Positions 27,254 through 37,352 of a stretch of 64,000 nucleotides of DNA are shown piece after piece. The DNA is taken from assembly GCA_023248595.1 (NCBI GenBank), contig JAHFEG010000002.1:51825-115824 (forward strand), written 5' to 3'. The notes beneath the pieces were generated by a model. It saw only the letters and a program-made list of their open reading frames with translations. It was not told the origin of the DNA and made no database searches. The position numbers were made by a program, and so were the translations under genes. How positions within the stretch are numbered: position 1 is the first letter of the stretch; every line of letters begins with the position of its first letter. Origin of the DNA: Myxococcales bacterium. GTDB taxonomy: Bacteria > Myxococcota > UBA727 > JABDBI01.

Positions 27254-27319
27254 GGGACAGAGTTGCATAATTGCGCAATTTAAGGAACCTAAATTTCTCT
27301 TTTTGCGCAACTGTGTCCC
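27254..27319. promoter_or_regulatory. Composite inverted-repeat / palindrome element upstream of holB
   Basis: GGGACAGAGTTGC (27254-27266) pairs with GCAACTGTGTCCC (27307-27319). They enclose a perfect 12-nt palindrome AATTGCGCAATT (27269-27280) and a second TTGCGCAA core (27303-27310). The element lies in the 490-bp divergent intergenic region. Confidence 0.35.
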
Positions 27320-27440
27320 GAGTTAGACTTCCACGAAAAATTTGGAAAAAGTTCAAGCAATTCAGAAGCACGTTTTTTTTCATCTTGACTCCTTCTTTAA
27401 TAATGTCAAAAAGATATGCACTCTGTCAGATGGATCTCCA

Positions 27441-28328
27441 ATGCCTCAAGATATTCCACTTCGCATCACACGCTACCTAAAGAATGCCCTAAAGAGTAAT
27501 CGACTGGGACATGCTCTACTACTACTTGGGCCCCAATTTGTTAATAAAGAATTAACAGCACTTCATATCGCGGCTGCTCTCCTTTGTAAAAATAAAAAAC
27601 CATTAGCAACGCACCTCTTAGGTTGCCACATTTGTATAGATTGTCGACAAATCTTCCAAAAAAGCCATACGAATTTACACCATATTATGTCAGAAGCAGA
27701 AGAACTGCGGCGACAGCCTGAAAACAATGGAAAAGTAGCCACCCCGTCATCTGAAATTCGCATTGATGCCATTCGCGCGCTGAAGCACGAACAACATATG
27801 TCTAATTTGAATGAAACTTCCCATATCTGGATAATTATTGACGGCCATCATTTTACGAGACAGGCAGCAAACGCACTTTTAAAAACTCTAGAAGAACCAC
27901 AGAATAATCATTATTTTATCATCCTCGCACCCTCGCTACGTTCTGTCCTACCAACGATTGCTTCAAGATGTCAACGCCTTCTATTTCCACACATAAAAGC
28001 GTCTGACAGTGACACAATATTTTCACAGTCTGCTGCCTCATTTTTTGAAAAAATTCACCAGGCTGATCCCTATGGAAAGCTACGCATCATTGAACAATTG
28101 GTTAAAAATAAGGACACCATCGATGAACAAATGACTAATTTGCAAGTCTTCATGATGCAGTTGATACAGGCAAGCCTCCAGACATCAGTTCCTTGCGGAC
28201 TTAATCGTAGACAGTTGACATCATTGGTAGAAGCGCTTGAAAAAACGCAGGCTGACATGAAAGCACATATCAACGCGCAGCTTGCGCTTGAGCATCTTTT
28301 TTTACAATCATGGCCTCAGACTTCTTAA
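27441..28328 (+). CDS. holB: DNA polymerase III delta' subunit
   Basis: The RFC-box region GHALLLLGPQ has the Walker-A Lys/Thr absent, as in delta'. The Zn module is CHICIDCRQI, and the downstream box is WIIIDGHHFTRQAANALLKTLEEP. The start is placed at the first ATG; the ORF track opens on a TTG. Confidence 0.65.
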   Translation: MPQDIPLRITRYLKNALKSNRLGHALLLLGPQFVNKELTALHIAAALLCKNKKPLATHLLGCHICIDCRQIFQKSHTNLHHIMSEAEELRRQPENNGKVATPSSEIRIDAIRALKHEQHMSNLNETSHIWIIIDGHHFTRQAANALLKTLEEPQNNHYFIILAPSLRSVLPTIASRCQRLLFPHIKASDSDTIFSQSAASFFEKIHQADPYGKLRIIEQLVKNKDTIDEQMTNLQVFMMQLIQASLQTSVPCGLNRRQLTSLVEALEKTQADMKAHINAQLALEHLFLQSWPQTS

Positions 28329-28337
28329 AAGTTCCAG

Positions 28338-30437
28338 TTATGGCTTTTGTAGCATGAGGGGAAATTGAATTTTATCTATGCCGTTATCCAACCAAGAGTA
28401 AGTCATCCATGCATTGCTCACTTTTTTAACGTAGTCTCTTGTCTGTTCAAATGGAATTTGCTCAACAAAAACATCAACAGGAAAAGGCTCCGACGGCATT
28501 TTGCTGAGCCACTTTCTGACACTGCCGCCTCCCCCATTGTAAGCTGCTATCGCCAATAAAGGATGGCCCAGATTTTTTAACTGCTCCATAAAATGATCTG
28601 CTCCTAGTAACGCATTTATTTCTGGCAAAAAAAGTGCATCCTGCGAAGCTAGTTTCATTTTGATTTTTTTTGCTTGTGCAAATGCCACATCAGGCATTAG
28701 CTGACAAAGACCTCTGGCCCCTGCCCATGAAAATGCATTGGCATCAAAAGCACTTTCCTCTCTAGCAATGGCAAACAGCAAAGATGTAGACATCTTCGCT
28801 GTTTGAGCTGCTTGGGTAATTTGTTTCTCATAAGCTTTAGGAAACGCTAATTGCCACGGTAAAGTTTGTGTACGAATATCATATGCAAAGGGAAAAGACA
28901 TTCCTGACTGACGCATTAGCTGATGGCCTTTGTCTGGTCGACCCAACTTATGGGACAGATGCGCAAGCGTGATCCGGTCTTCTGTAGATGTCTTTTCTTG
29001 AAACATCTTTTGCAAATAAATTAATGCTTCATCCTGATATCCTGCATCACTCAAGCAAGTTGCTTGGCGAAAATCCTCATCTTTTTCCAAATTGATGTTT
29101 TTCGCAATAATTGGCTTTAGCTGTTCGGCATTTTTTACAATCGCTGGCTTTTGTTGTTTGATTTTTTTTGCTGGCACACTCTTACCGTTCACTATCCCAT
29201 CCACCAAGCGCTGCGCTAAATAGCCATAATAGGTGTGGGGATATTCAGTGGATAAAAGTTTTAATGCTAAAAGTCCTTCTTTTTTTTGTCCTTCGTCTGG
29301 GTTCTCTGGCCAATCAACTAACGAGGGATAAAGCAAAAATCGACCATACCAATAGTTTGCACGAAGATCAGGAAGCGATTTTGAGGCATTATCCATTGAG
29401 GCTTTCAGCATTTCTACAGCGCGGGTAAAATTAGCCTGCGCTGCAAAGAAAAAAGCCTGCCGAAATGTCACGTTTTGCGCCATATCGCCAGCTGGATACT
29501 TGTCCAAGAATGTAACATATGCTTCATTTACTTCTTTGCTGCTTTTAATTTCATGTAAAACCGTAATCTTCCATGAGAGCACATCATCCGCATAGGAATG
29601 CGAGGGATATTCTTCTAAAAACCTATCAAATAGTGAAAGTGAGTCATCACTAGGCTGCATTGCAGCTAGGCGCGAGGCCACAAAAAAAGCATCTCTTTTC
29701 ACGTCCCCTTCACAGTATTTTATGACCTGATGCAAATACTTATTAGCGTCTTTATATTGCCGTTGATTTCGAAGTGCTTTACCCAACATGTAATGCGCTT
29801 CGCAAATGCTCGCACTTTTTTGAGAAATATCAGTACGAGATAATTCTTGAAGCGTTGAGATCACTTTATTGTTTTGATTACGTAAAATTAAAACACGAGC
29901 ACGCGCCAAAACATCTTCCTGCGACCTGGATAGCTTCCAATTTTTACCAACATCTTCTTGCGCTATTTGATCAGCAGCTTTTGTTTCTGGCAGCTCCACA
30001 TATAGTTGATAAAGCGCATTTTCAACCAAAGATGCATGTGATTGAACTTTTGGAGTATTCAGAACCGAAGCCCAAATTTCAGCCAAACGCTCTCTTGGCA
30101 ACGCTTCGAGATTAGCCGGCTTAATTGCCGTGACCGCATTGATAAAATCAATCCACTCATTTCCGCCATTCTGCAGCCAATGCAAAGTAGGTGCATACAA
30201 GAAATTAATGTCTTTTTTGTATAAAGGCTTCTCTAACAATTGCTGAAATAACGGTCCAGCTTTTTCCCAATTGTTCTCACCGCCATAGCAACTGGCTAGC
30301 CTTGATAAAATTCCATCAGCGCATTGTTTATATTTTTTAAAATTCTTCTCATGAATCTGGCATGAAGATTCAACATTTGCCCAAATTTGGGTGGTAAAAG
30401 AAAAAGCAGTTAGGAATAGCAAAAAAGCTGAACGCAT
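28338..30437 (-). CDS. slt: Soluble lytic murein transglycosylase (Slt family), superhelical N-domain + C-terminal SLT domain
   Basis: The C-terminal catalytic motif is LLFAIAREESAFDANAFSWAGARGLCQLMP, with the catalytic Glu in ES, then AYNGGGGSV. A signal peptide follows the Met at 30437, which is preceded by AAGGGGG. Confidence 0.75.
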   Translation of the reverse strand: MRSAFLLFLTAFSFTTQIWANVESSCQIHEKNFKKYKQCADGILSRLASCYGGENNWEKAGPLFQQLLEKPLYKKDINFLYAPTLHWLQNGGNEWIDFINAVTAIKPANLEALPRERLAEIWASVLNTPKVQSHASLVENALYQLYVELPETKAADQIAQEDVGKNWKLSRSQEDVLARARVLILRNQNNKVISTLQELSRTDISQKSASICEAHYMLGKALRNQRQYKDANKYLHQVIKYCEGDVKRDAFFVASRLAAMQPSDDSLSLFDRFLEEYPSHSYADDVLSWKITVLHEIKSSKEVNEAYVTFLDKYPAGDMAQNVTFRQAFFFAAQANFTRAVEMLKASMDNASKSLPDLRANYWYGRFLLYPSLVDWPENPDEGQKKEGLLALKLLSTEYPHTYYGYLAQRLVDGIVNGKSVPAKKIKQQKPAIVKNAEQLKPIIAKNINLEKDEDFRQATCLSDAGYQDEALIYLQKMFQEKTSTEDRITLAHLSHKLGRPDKGHQLMRQSGMSFPFAYDIRTQTLPWQLAFPKAYEKQITQAAQTAKMSTSLLFAIAREESAFDANAFSWAGARGLCQLMPDVAFAQAKKIKMKLASQDALFLPEINALLGADHFMEQLKNLGHPLLAIAAYNGGGGSVRKWLSKMPSEPFPVDVFVEQIPFEQTRDYVKKVSNAWMTYSWLDNGIDKIQFPLMLQKP

Positions 30438-30508
30438 TGATCCCCCTTGAAATTGACATGCAAAAAATACTATACGATAAGTCATTTCACAAAAAGGAAA
30501 GGACTTTT

Positions 30509-32017
30509 ATGAAAAACAGATTGCGATTCATTCTATTACTTGCCCCAGTCTTGTTGACTACGATTATTGCATCAGGTTTTTTTGGAAGCAAGACCCCTAA
30601 CCTTTTTAGTAAAGATGCGCTCTGGATGGAACTATCAACGGAAGATGCTCAAAAATCTCAAATCAATATTCCTTCACTAGCGCCCTTAGTGCAAAAAGTT
30701 GAACTTGCTGTTTTAGTTGTGACAACTGAATCTGTGATTCAGCAACAAGCCGCCCAACTACCTCCAGGGTTTGAACGAGGCCCTTTTGGTGATTTCTTTC
30801 GCTTTTTTGGCCCTCCTCAACAAGGCCAAATGCCTGAACAAAAGACCAGGGGACAAGGAAGTGGCTTCATTATTCATCCGTCAGGTTTTGCTTTAACCAA
30901 TAACCATGTTGTCGAAGGCGCCACTTCTATCAAAATCAAAATAGGGACTGACCTAAAAGAATATGACGCAGAAATCATTGGCTCAGACGAAGATACTGAC
31001 GTTGCGCTCTTAAAAATTAAAAGTGATAAAAAAGATTGGCCGGTGGTTCCATTAGGTAGCTCAATGAATTTACGGGTGGGTGATTTTGCGGTGGCTATCG
31101 GCAATCCCCTTGGACTCGAACTTTCGGTATCAATGGGGATTGTTTCTGCGCGTGGTCGACGTGACGTACATCCTTCCGGTCGCAACGGTCTTTTTGATTT
31201 TATCCAAATTGATGCTCCTATTAACCCAGGTAACTCTGGAGGACCTTTACTTAATCTTGCAGGTGAAGTTGTTGGGATCAACACCGCCATGAGTGCGGCA
31301 GGACAAGGTATAGCCTTCGCCATTCCTATTGATCAAGTCAAACAAATCTTACCTCAATTAAAAAGCAAGGGGCGTGTTGCACGCTCAGGCATGGGTATTC
31401 GCATTGACAACGTGAGTCCTGAATTAGCAAAAGACCTAGGCCTTCCCTTTACACATGGTGCACTAGTGCGAGAGGTCATACTTAAAAGCACTGCAAATAA
31501 AGCTGGCATTAAAGCAGGTGACGTTATAACAGAATTTGATGGTAAAATAGTTAGGGACGCAGGTTCTTTACAAGTGATGGCTGGTCTTTCGGGTGTCGGC
31601 AAAAGCGTGCCCCTTGCAATTTTCCGTGATGGAAGATCCATCCTTCTTAAATTAACCTTAGAAGAATTACCTCGAGAAGGAAAATCTGTAGAAACACTTC
31701 CTGTACCCAAAAAAGAGGAAACCACGGGCGTTGAAAGCATCGGCCTAACTGTTGTTACTTTAGATGATAATGCTAGAAACCAATTGCTATTGGAAAAAAC
31801 CGTTGCCGGTGCGCGTATCGTACAAGTAAATCCTCGCTCAATTGGGGCATTTGCAGGCATTGAAGTCAATGATGTCATCATCAAGATTAATAATCTGCCT
31901 ATCCAAAATGCAAATGCACTGTCTGCATTTGTGGAAAAAGCCAAAAAAGGAGAAATGCTGCGAATCTTGTTGCGGCGTCAAAAAGCAACAATATTTGTCG
32001 CAATTCCTAAGCCTTAA
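30509..32017 (+). CDS. htrA: Periplasmic serine endoprotease HtrA/DegP (protease + 2 PDZ)
   Basis: The catalytic triad sits in TNNHVV, DVALLKI and GNSGGPL. Two PDZ domains follow. A signal peptide follows the ATG at 30509, which is preceded by AAGGAAAGGA. Confidence 0.85.
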   Translation: MKNRLRFILLLAPVLLTTIIASGFFGSKTPNLFSKDALWMELSTEDAQKSQINIPSLAPLVQKVELAVLVVTTESVIQQQAAQLPPGFERGPFGDFFRFFGPPQQGQMPEQKTRGQGSGFIIHPSGFALTNNHVVEGATSIKIKIGTDLKEYDAEIIGSDEDTDVALLKIKSDKKDWPVVPLGSSMNLRVGDFAVAIGNPLGLELSVSMGIVSARGRRDVHPSGRNGLFDFIQIDAPINPGNSGGPLLNLAGEVVGINTAMSAAGQGIAFAIPIDQVKQILPQLKSKGRVARSGMGIRIDNVSPELAKDLGLPFTHGALVREVILKSTANKAGIKAGDVITEFDGKIVRDAGSLQVMAGLSGVGKSVPLAIFRDGRSILLKLTLEELPREGKSVETLPVPKKEETTGVESIGLTVVTLDDNARNQLLLEKTVAGARIVQVNPRSIGAFAGIEVNDVIIKINNLPIQNANALSAFVEKAKKGEMLRILLRRQKATIFVAIPKP

Positions 32018-32042
32018 TTTTTAAAGTCAAGAACAGGAAAAC

Positions 32043-32624
32043 ATGACCGAAAATTCTAAAAACCAATTAGAAATACTGATCGGCCAAGCACTGGCTTATC
32101 TGGGCGAAGACATCAAAAGACCAGGACTAAAAGATACGCCCACACGTGTGGCACAAGCCCTTTGCGAGTTCACCAAAGGAAATCAAATTCCTATAGCCAA
32201 CATTGCTGAAAAGTCTTTACTGAAGGCGCCGTCACAAGAATTGGTTATTTTAAAAGACACAGAATTTTATTCATTATGTGAGCATCATCTTTTGCCATTC
32301 TTTGGCAGCGTAGACATTGCCTATATACCGAATAAATACATCATTGGGCTTGGAACTCTGGGTCAGATTATTGATGCTTGTTCGCAAAAATTGCAACTAC
32401 AAGAAAATCTAACCGAAGAAATTGCCAACATCATGCAAACAGCATTGCAACCAAAAGGGCTCATGATCATCATAAGAGCACAACATTTTTGCATCAAGAT
32501 GCGTGGCATTAAAAAACAAGGAAGCGTTACTATCACCAGATCCACACGCGGGAACCTCGTGACAGATGCGAGCTTACGGCAAGAAGCTACGGTTTTACTT
32601 CAAGCCGAACGGGATTTTTCATGA
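32043..32624 (+). CDS. folE: GTP cyclohydrolase I
   Basis: The CEHHLLPFFG motif and the ~190-aa length match FolE. Confidence 0.85.
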   Translation: MTENSKNQLEILIGQALAYLGEDIKRPGLKDTPTRVAQALCEFTKGNQIPIANIAEKSLLKAPSQELVILKDTEFYSLCEHHLLPFFGSVDIAYIPNKYIIGLGTLGQIIDACSQKLQLQENLTEEIANIMQTALQPKGLMIIIRAQHFCIKMRGIKKQGSVTITRSTRGNLVTDASLRQEATVLLQAERDFS

Positions 32625-33438
32625 GCTTCTCGAAAGTTGCAAAAGCCTGGGACCCATAAAATCCATCAGTGACGCGCTCATCAAGACTCCAGCGAATTAA
32701 AACAACATCGCTCGTGACAATCTCACCAGCGTCATTTACTGCTGGAGCCCTATAAATTCTGCCTAGCACCCCGAACAAAGAAGCCGTGCCGTATTCGTAC
32801 AGGTGATGAAATGGTGCGTGCAATTTCAGGCTACCTAAATTGGCGATAAAAGCGCTAGCGTACAGCGGGTCGTTTTTTATCATGAAGGATGGTAATAAAT
32901 TCAAGCTATCAAGTGTACGCTGCAACCAAAATAAAAAGCGAATCATGAATCCCGGCAATAAAGTCACCATTTCCATTTCTTTTTCAGAAGACGTTCGTTT
33001 TGAACTTCGACCTTCTGCTATTTTTTCGTTGACCTTCCTGGCAATATCAAAAACAGTGTCAGTCTCTTCAAATTCTATCTTGACAGCGGTCAGTTCCGCA
33101 TTTTCTTCCATCTTTTTCTTAACGGCAAATGAGATCAAAACCTTGGAACGCTGGTATATTTTTCCGCCAGAAACAAAACGATTTAACTTTGGCCACTGAT
33201 ACATTACCTGCACTAGGCACGCTAAAAAAACATGGAAAAAAGTGATGTCTTGTTCGTTATTTTTGCGTTTTAAATCACTCAAATACTGAAGTACATTGGT
33301 CACATCCACTGTTTGCTCGAAGTAAACAACCGAATCGTTCCTTCTTGGCATTAAATAAGGCATCATACGACGCAGTACCGATTCGTTTTTGACCAACTCG
33401 CCATCAGCACGCTTAAAATGAAACATCAAATTCCTCAC
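32587..33438 (-). CDS. Standalone 2-oxoacid-dehydrogenase E2 catalytic-domain-like (CAT-fold) acyltransferase with the catalytic His replaced by Glu
   Basis: The C-terminal ...VVLIRWSLDERVTDGFYGSQAFATF... aligns to the E2 DHRxxDG...F motif, with H changed to E. There are no lipoyl or E3-binding domains. Confidence 0.4.
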   Translation of the reverse strand: MRNLMFHFKRADGELVKNESVLRRMMPYLMPRRNDSVVYFEQTVDVTNVLQYLSDLKRKNNEQDITFFHVFLACLVQVMYQWPKLNRFVSGGKIYQRSKVLISFAVKKKMEENAELTAVKIEFEETDTVFDIARKVNEKIAEGRSSKRTSSEKEMEMVTLLPGFMIRFLFWLQRTLDSLNLLPSFMIKNDPLYASAFIANLGSLKLHAPFHHLYEYGTASLFGVLGRIYRAPAVNDAGEIVTSDVVLIRWSLDERVTDGFYGSQAFATFEKLMKNPVRLEVKP

Positions 33439-33553
33439 TTCTAAAGCTTAAAGCTTCAGTGATAAAATTCTTATATCAAGGACGGCTCTGAAATATTTGA
33501 ATCCAGCACCTTGTTTTTTAAGAAATCAGCATTTCATCAAGGAGAATTTGAAA

Positions 33554-36013
33554 ATGGCGAATACTGGATCTGTTCTCAATCGCCCCACCATCTCTAATCT
33601 TAAAGGCACTCTTGTTCCTGCAAACGAGACAAAAGCAGCTCTGACTCCCTCCCATCGCATTGCTTTTACCAATCAGATAGAAGGTGATTTTCTTCCTAAT
33701 TTTCAATTAACATCCCGCACCATAGCAGATCCAGAAACGACAACTTTTCCTTCCGCGTTTTTGCTTTCGCCAGAGGAAACAAATCAAGTCAATTCTGCTG
33801 CGACCTTTGGGCAACTGCTTCATGAAAAATTAAACGCGCAAAAATTCTATTTTGCACCAAATGCTGCACAGTTATGGGCTAAATTACCAGAAAAAGACCG
33901 AACTCTTTTCGCCTATAACAATATTGTCGGGCAAAGAATTGAAAAATTTTTTGATGAAGCTCTGCAATTTTTAAAAACACGTGCATTAAATCCGCAAGAA
34001 GCTGCAAACTGCCGAAAAGCAATTAATCTTGCCCATACTGATGCCTATCGCAACAAGCGCATCGAGTTTGATCGTGCCTCAACAGGAACTTATTGGTCCT
34101 ATTGTCATAATGCAGTCTTTGTTCATGTCTTTGAAAAAATGAGAGATGCGCTAGCAAAAAATGACCCTAAGCGTTTATTTTTACAAAAACAAATCGACTA
34201 TATTTACACAAATATTTTTACCCCCCAGGGCACTGTTGACGAAAATAACATTGAAACTTCGCTGGGGCTGCGTGCCATCGATTCGTTCAGTAGACACATT
34301 GTCTCAATGTCAAAAGAATCCGCCGATTCAACGAAGTCTTCTTATGTCACTTTGCAGATTCCAAGCCATAATCTAAATAGCCCACCTCGCTATGCCTATC
34401 GCGATGGTCTTGATTATTATTTTGAAGACACTCATGAAAAATTAAAGCCAAGCGATGTTCGCGATTTACGTGAGCTTTATTCCCCTTCCATCGTATTTAG
34501 ACCATTGCAAGAAAAAGAAAAGGTGCGGCCAAACATTCGTCACGATTGGGACAAGAACCATTTAATTCAGATGAAAAAAATTGACACATCATGGTGGGGA
34601 TTTTGTGATGTTCGAGCTATTCTAGAGACTTATCTCGCTGACATGAAAAATAGTGGCGGCATTATTGAATTCCATTCAGACAATCAAAATACCATGACGC
34701 TTAGCCGCGAAGATCTCCTTGAGGGAATCGCTGCTCTGGTCAACTTCGACAGCACATATGTTCCTGTCTATTCAGGTGATCAAGCTAATATTTTCTTAGG
34801 CGAATACAACCAAGGTGGTTCTAGATATTATGGAAACCCTGAAACACTGGTCATCAATACGACCGGAGAACATTCTCAATTTAGCATGCGCTTATCATCT
34901 ATTTACGAAAAAAATAAGCCGACTCAGATTACTGATACAAAACGCGCCTTTTCCAGCAAATTGCCTGACGCACAGCTGCAATCTTTCACGATCAACCATG
35001 ACGTTGTTCACGTAGAAGATGGGGGCACAAATTATATAGAAGCCACCGAGCGGAAATTTACTGCCAAAACAGAAGGCAAGACTTTCGATTCCCATGGTCA
35101 AGTTGTCGATTTAGAGATTCCTTTTGAGATTGATTTAAGTCAAAAAACTGGGAATCGTTTCTTAATCAGTTCTCAAATCATCAGCGTCGCCAATCGAACA
35201 CTGGCGCGTACTTACTGTGACCCAAAAACCCGAGAATTATTTTCTGTGACCACTCAGTTTGTTCAAGAAGGTAACCAGTTTAAAGCCATTGAAGAAACTC
35301 CTGTTTCCCTAGGAGCCATTGAAGATTTATTCATTGGTCGTGAAATGCAGGAAAATGATGATGCCGCCGGTAAATTAAAAATCGCGGAACAGGCAATTCG
35401 GTCAGGGGAAAAAATTTCTGCAGACAGCGACCCGGGTCCAAAAGTATGGAACGGAGAAGTGCATTCACTCGCAATCACAACAGAATACCGCAGCGCGGAT
35501 GGAAAATGGGAACGTCTTAGCCTGATGTCTGATGCGACTTATGGCGCAAACAAAGTTAGCACCATCATTAATCAGCTCGATGACGAAGGCAATGTTATTG
35601 AGAGCTGTGAAGTAACGGCCGGTGTTGACTTTTTTTGGAAACAAGGTCCACAAGTGGCGCCGCTTATTTCTAAAAATGGTGTTTTATATGCCAATCAATC
35701 GATGTTGGAACGCGGCGTTTTAAATCTAGCAGAAGGAAAAGTTGCTAGTATTGGTGCATTGCAGGATCTATATGATTTGATTTACCTGGGTTTCCAGTCC
35801 ACCAACACAAAACCAATTTATACAATCGTACATGAAGGAAAACGTCTTATCTACACCGATGAAGAGCAGTGGAAAGCAGACGTCAAACGGCTAGAACCCC
35901 AACCAGAAATTATTAGCCCTGCTCCCGTAGAAACCGTTAATAACACTCCACAACCGATAACAGCAGCGACACCTAAAAAGAAAAACCGTTTCCGAACTTT
36001 TTTCCATCTATGA
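33554..36013 (+). CDS. Large hypothetical protein (820 aa), no signal peptide
   Basis: AAGGAGA lies 8 nt before the ATG. The protein has no TM, no secretion signal and no catalytic motif I recognise. Segments to test are HDWDKNH and SWWGFCD. Confidence 0.5.
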   Translation: MANTGSVLNRPTISNLKGTLVPANETKAALTPSHRIAFTNQIEGDFLPNFQLTSRTIADPETTTFPSAFLLSPEETNQVNSAATFGQLLHEKLNAQKFYFAPNAAQLWAKLPEKDRTLFAYNNIVGQRIEKFFDEALQFLKTRALNPQEAANCRKAINLAHTDAYRNKRIEFDRASTGTYWSYCHNAVFVHVFEKMRDALAKNDPKRLFLQKQIDYIYTNIFTPQGTVDENNIETSLGLRAIDSFSRHIVSMSKESADSTKSSYVTLQIPSHNLNSPPRYAYRDGLDYYFEDTHEKLKPSDVRDLRELYSPSIVFRPLQEKEKVRPNIRHDWDKNHLIQMKKIDTSWWGFCDVRAILETYLADMKNSGGIIEFHSDNQNTMTLSREDLLEGIAALVNFDSTYVPVYSGDQANIFLGEYNQGGSRYYGNPETLVINTTGEHSQFSMRLSSIYEKNKPTQITDTKRAFSSKLPDAQLQSFTINHDVVHVEDGGTNYIEATERKFTAKTEGKTFDSHGQVVDLEIPFEIDLSQKTGNRFLISSQIISVANRTLARTYCDPKTRELFSVTTQFVQEGNQFKAIEETPVSLGAIEDLFIGREMQENDDAAGKLKIAEQAIRSGEKISADSDPGPKVWNGEVHSLAITTEYRSADGKWERLSLMSDATYGANKVSTIINQLDDEGNVIESCEVTAGVDFFWKQGPQVAPLISKNGVLYANQSMLERGVLNLAEGKVASIGALQDLYDLIYLGFQSTNTKPIYTIVHEGKRLIYTDEEQWKADVKRLEPQPEIISPAPVETVNNTPQPITAATPKKKNRFRTFFHL

Positions 36014-37198
36014 AAGAATAGGGAGACCCTTTTTTACACTTTTGATTGGCGCCGGCACGTTTGCTTTTGTCGGCGTATGCACAGGGGCTTTAAGAGCAGC
36101 TTGTGCCAATCGCGTCGCAACTTCGTGTGCCAAAGCTTGAAAAGCCTGCCCTGCTGGGCTTTTGACTTGTGAAGTAGATGCCGGTGTACCCTCGTCTGCT
36201 CCTTGACGAACTGACGGCTCCAAAGGAATTTCTGCCAAAAATGGTAATGAAAGTTTTTGAGCAGCCAAACGCGCCCCGCCAGAGGTAAAAATTTCATGGC
36301 GCTTGTCACAACCATCGCAAATAAAATAACTCATATTCTCGACGACGCCCAAAGTCGGAATATTAACTTTATCGAACATCGCTTTCGCACGCACCACATC
36401 TGCCAAAGCAACGTCCTGAGGCGTCGAGACAATCACACTTCCTGCAATGGCCACACGCTGAGAAATTGTCAGCTGAACATCGCCTGTTCCTGGCGGCAAA
36501 TCGACAATTAAATAATCCAAATCACCCCAAGCAACATTAAAAAACATCTGCATCGAAGCTGATGCAATCATAGGGCCGCGCCATATCATAGCTGATGCCG
36601 TATCAACTAAAAATCCAATGCTCATTAACTTGATTCCATGTTTTTCAATAGGCATCATGAAGGTCTCATCACTGCCCTTCATGGAAAATCCTTGAACTTC
36701 TGTATCTTGCGGTATGCCAAACATGAGGGGAATTGATGGCCCGTACACATCTGCATCGAGTAGGCCAACACGACAACCCAGGCGAGACAAAGACACGGCT
36801 AGATTAGAAGCTATCGTACTTTTTCCCACGCCGCCTTTACCAGAGGCCACTAAAATAACATTTTTGACATCAGCAACATTCTCTTTGTAAATGCTTTTTG
36901 CGGTGGCCGGTTTTACATCTGCATACACATTTAATTCCACATCTGGACAATGCGGTGACTGCTCAATCGCTGCTTTTTTAACCAATAAAGCACAGTCTCG
37001 CTCAGAACGTAGAGCAAATGTTGGCAACACTAAATCGATTACCAATTTGCCGTTCTTCATTTCCATGTTTCGAATCAAATCAAGACTCACCACATCCTGG
37101 TTAAATTCAGGAACAATAATTTTAGCAAAAGCCAACATTAATGCTTTGCGATGGTCTTCCCAGTTCGTCTCAATATTTTTTTTTAAAATGCCAAACAT
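36008..37198 (-). CDS. apbC: Fe-S cluster carrier ATPase Mrp/ApbC (N-terminal MIP18/DUF59 + ParA-type P-loop)
   Basis: The P-loop is VASGKGGVGKSTIASNLA, and the CxxC motif is FICDGCDKRHEIF. Confidence 0.85.
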   Translation of the reverse strand: MFGILKKNIETNWEDHRKALMLAFAKIIVPEFNQDVVSLDLIRNMEMKNGKLVIDLVLPTFALRSERDCALLVKKAAIEQSPHCPDVELNVYADVKPATAKSIYKENVADVKNVILVASGKGGVGKSTIASNLAVSLSRLGCRVGLLDADVYGPSIPLMFGIPQDTEVQGFSMKGSDETFMMPIEKHGIKLMSIGFLVDTASAMIWRGPMIASASMQMFFNVAWGDLDYLIVDLPPGTGDVQLTISQRVAIAGSVIVSTPQDVALADVVRAKAMFDKVNIPTLGVVENMSYFICDGCDKRHEIFTSGGARLAAQKLSLPFLAEIPLEPSVRQGADEGTPASTSQVKSPAGQAFQALAHEVATRLAQAALKAPVHTPTKANVPAPIKSVKKGLPILS

Positions 37199-37352
37199 GA
37201 TTTAAATCCACATCTTTAAAGTCTAATGAACTTGGATTTAAGGGAGACAAGCTCCCATGTCAATTCACAAATAACATCCCTGATGGTTGACGAAACGAAT
37301 TGACCTCAGCCAAAGTATCAATAGGTATTAGCAATACAAGACAAATATCCAG

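Noticed and set aside
30874-31944. Two minus-strand ORFs (149 aa and 196 aa) inside htrA
   Set aside because: They are antisense to a very well-supported HtrA gene. Their composition is Ser/Pro/Arg-rich, typical of antisense frames.
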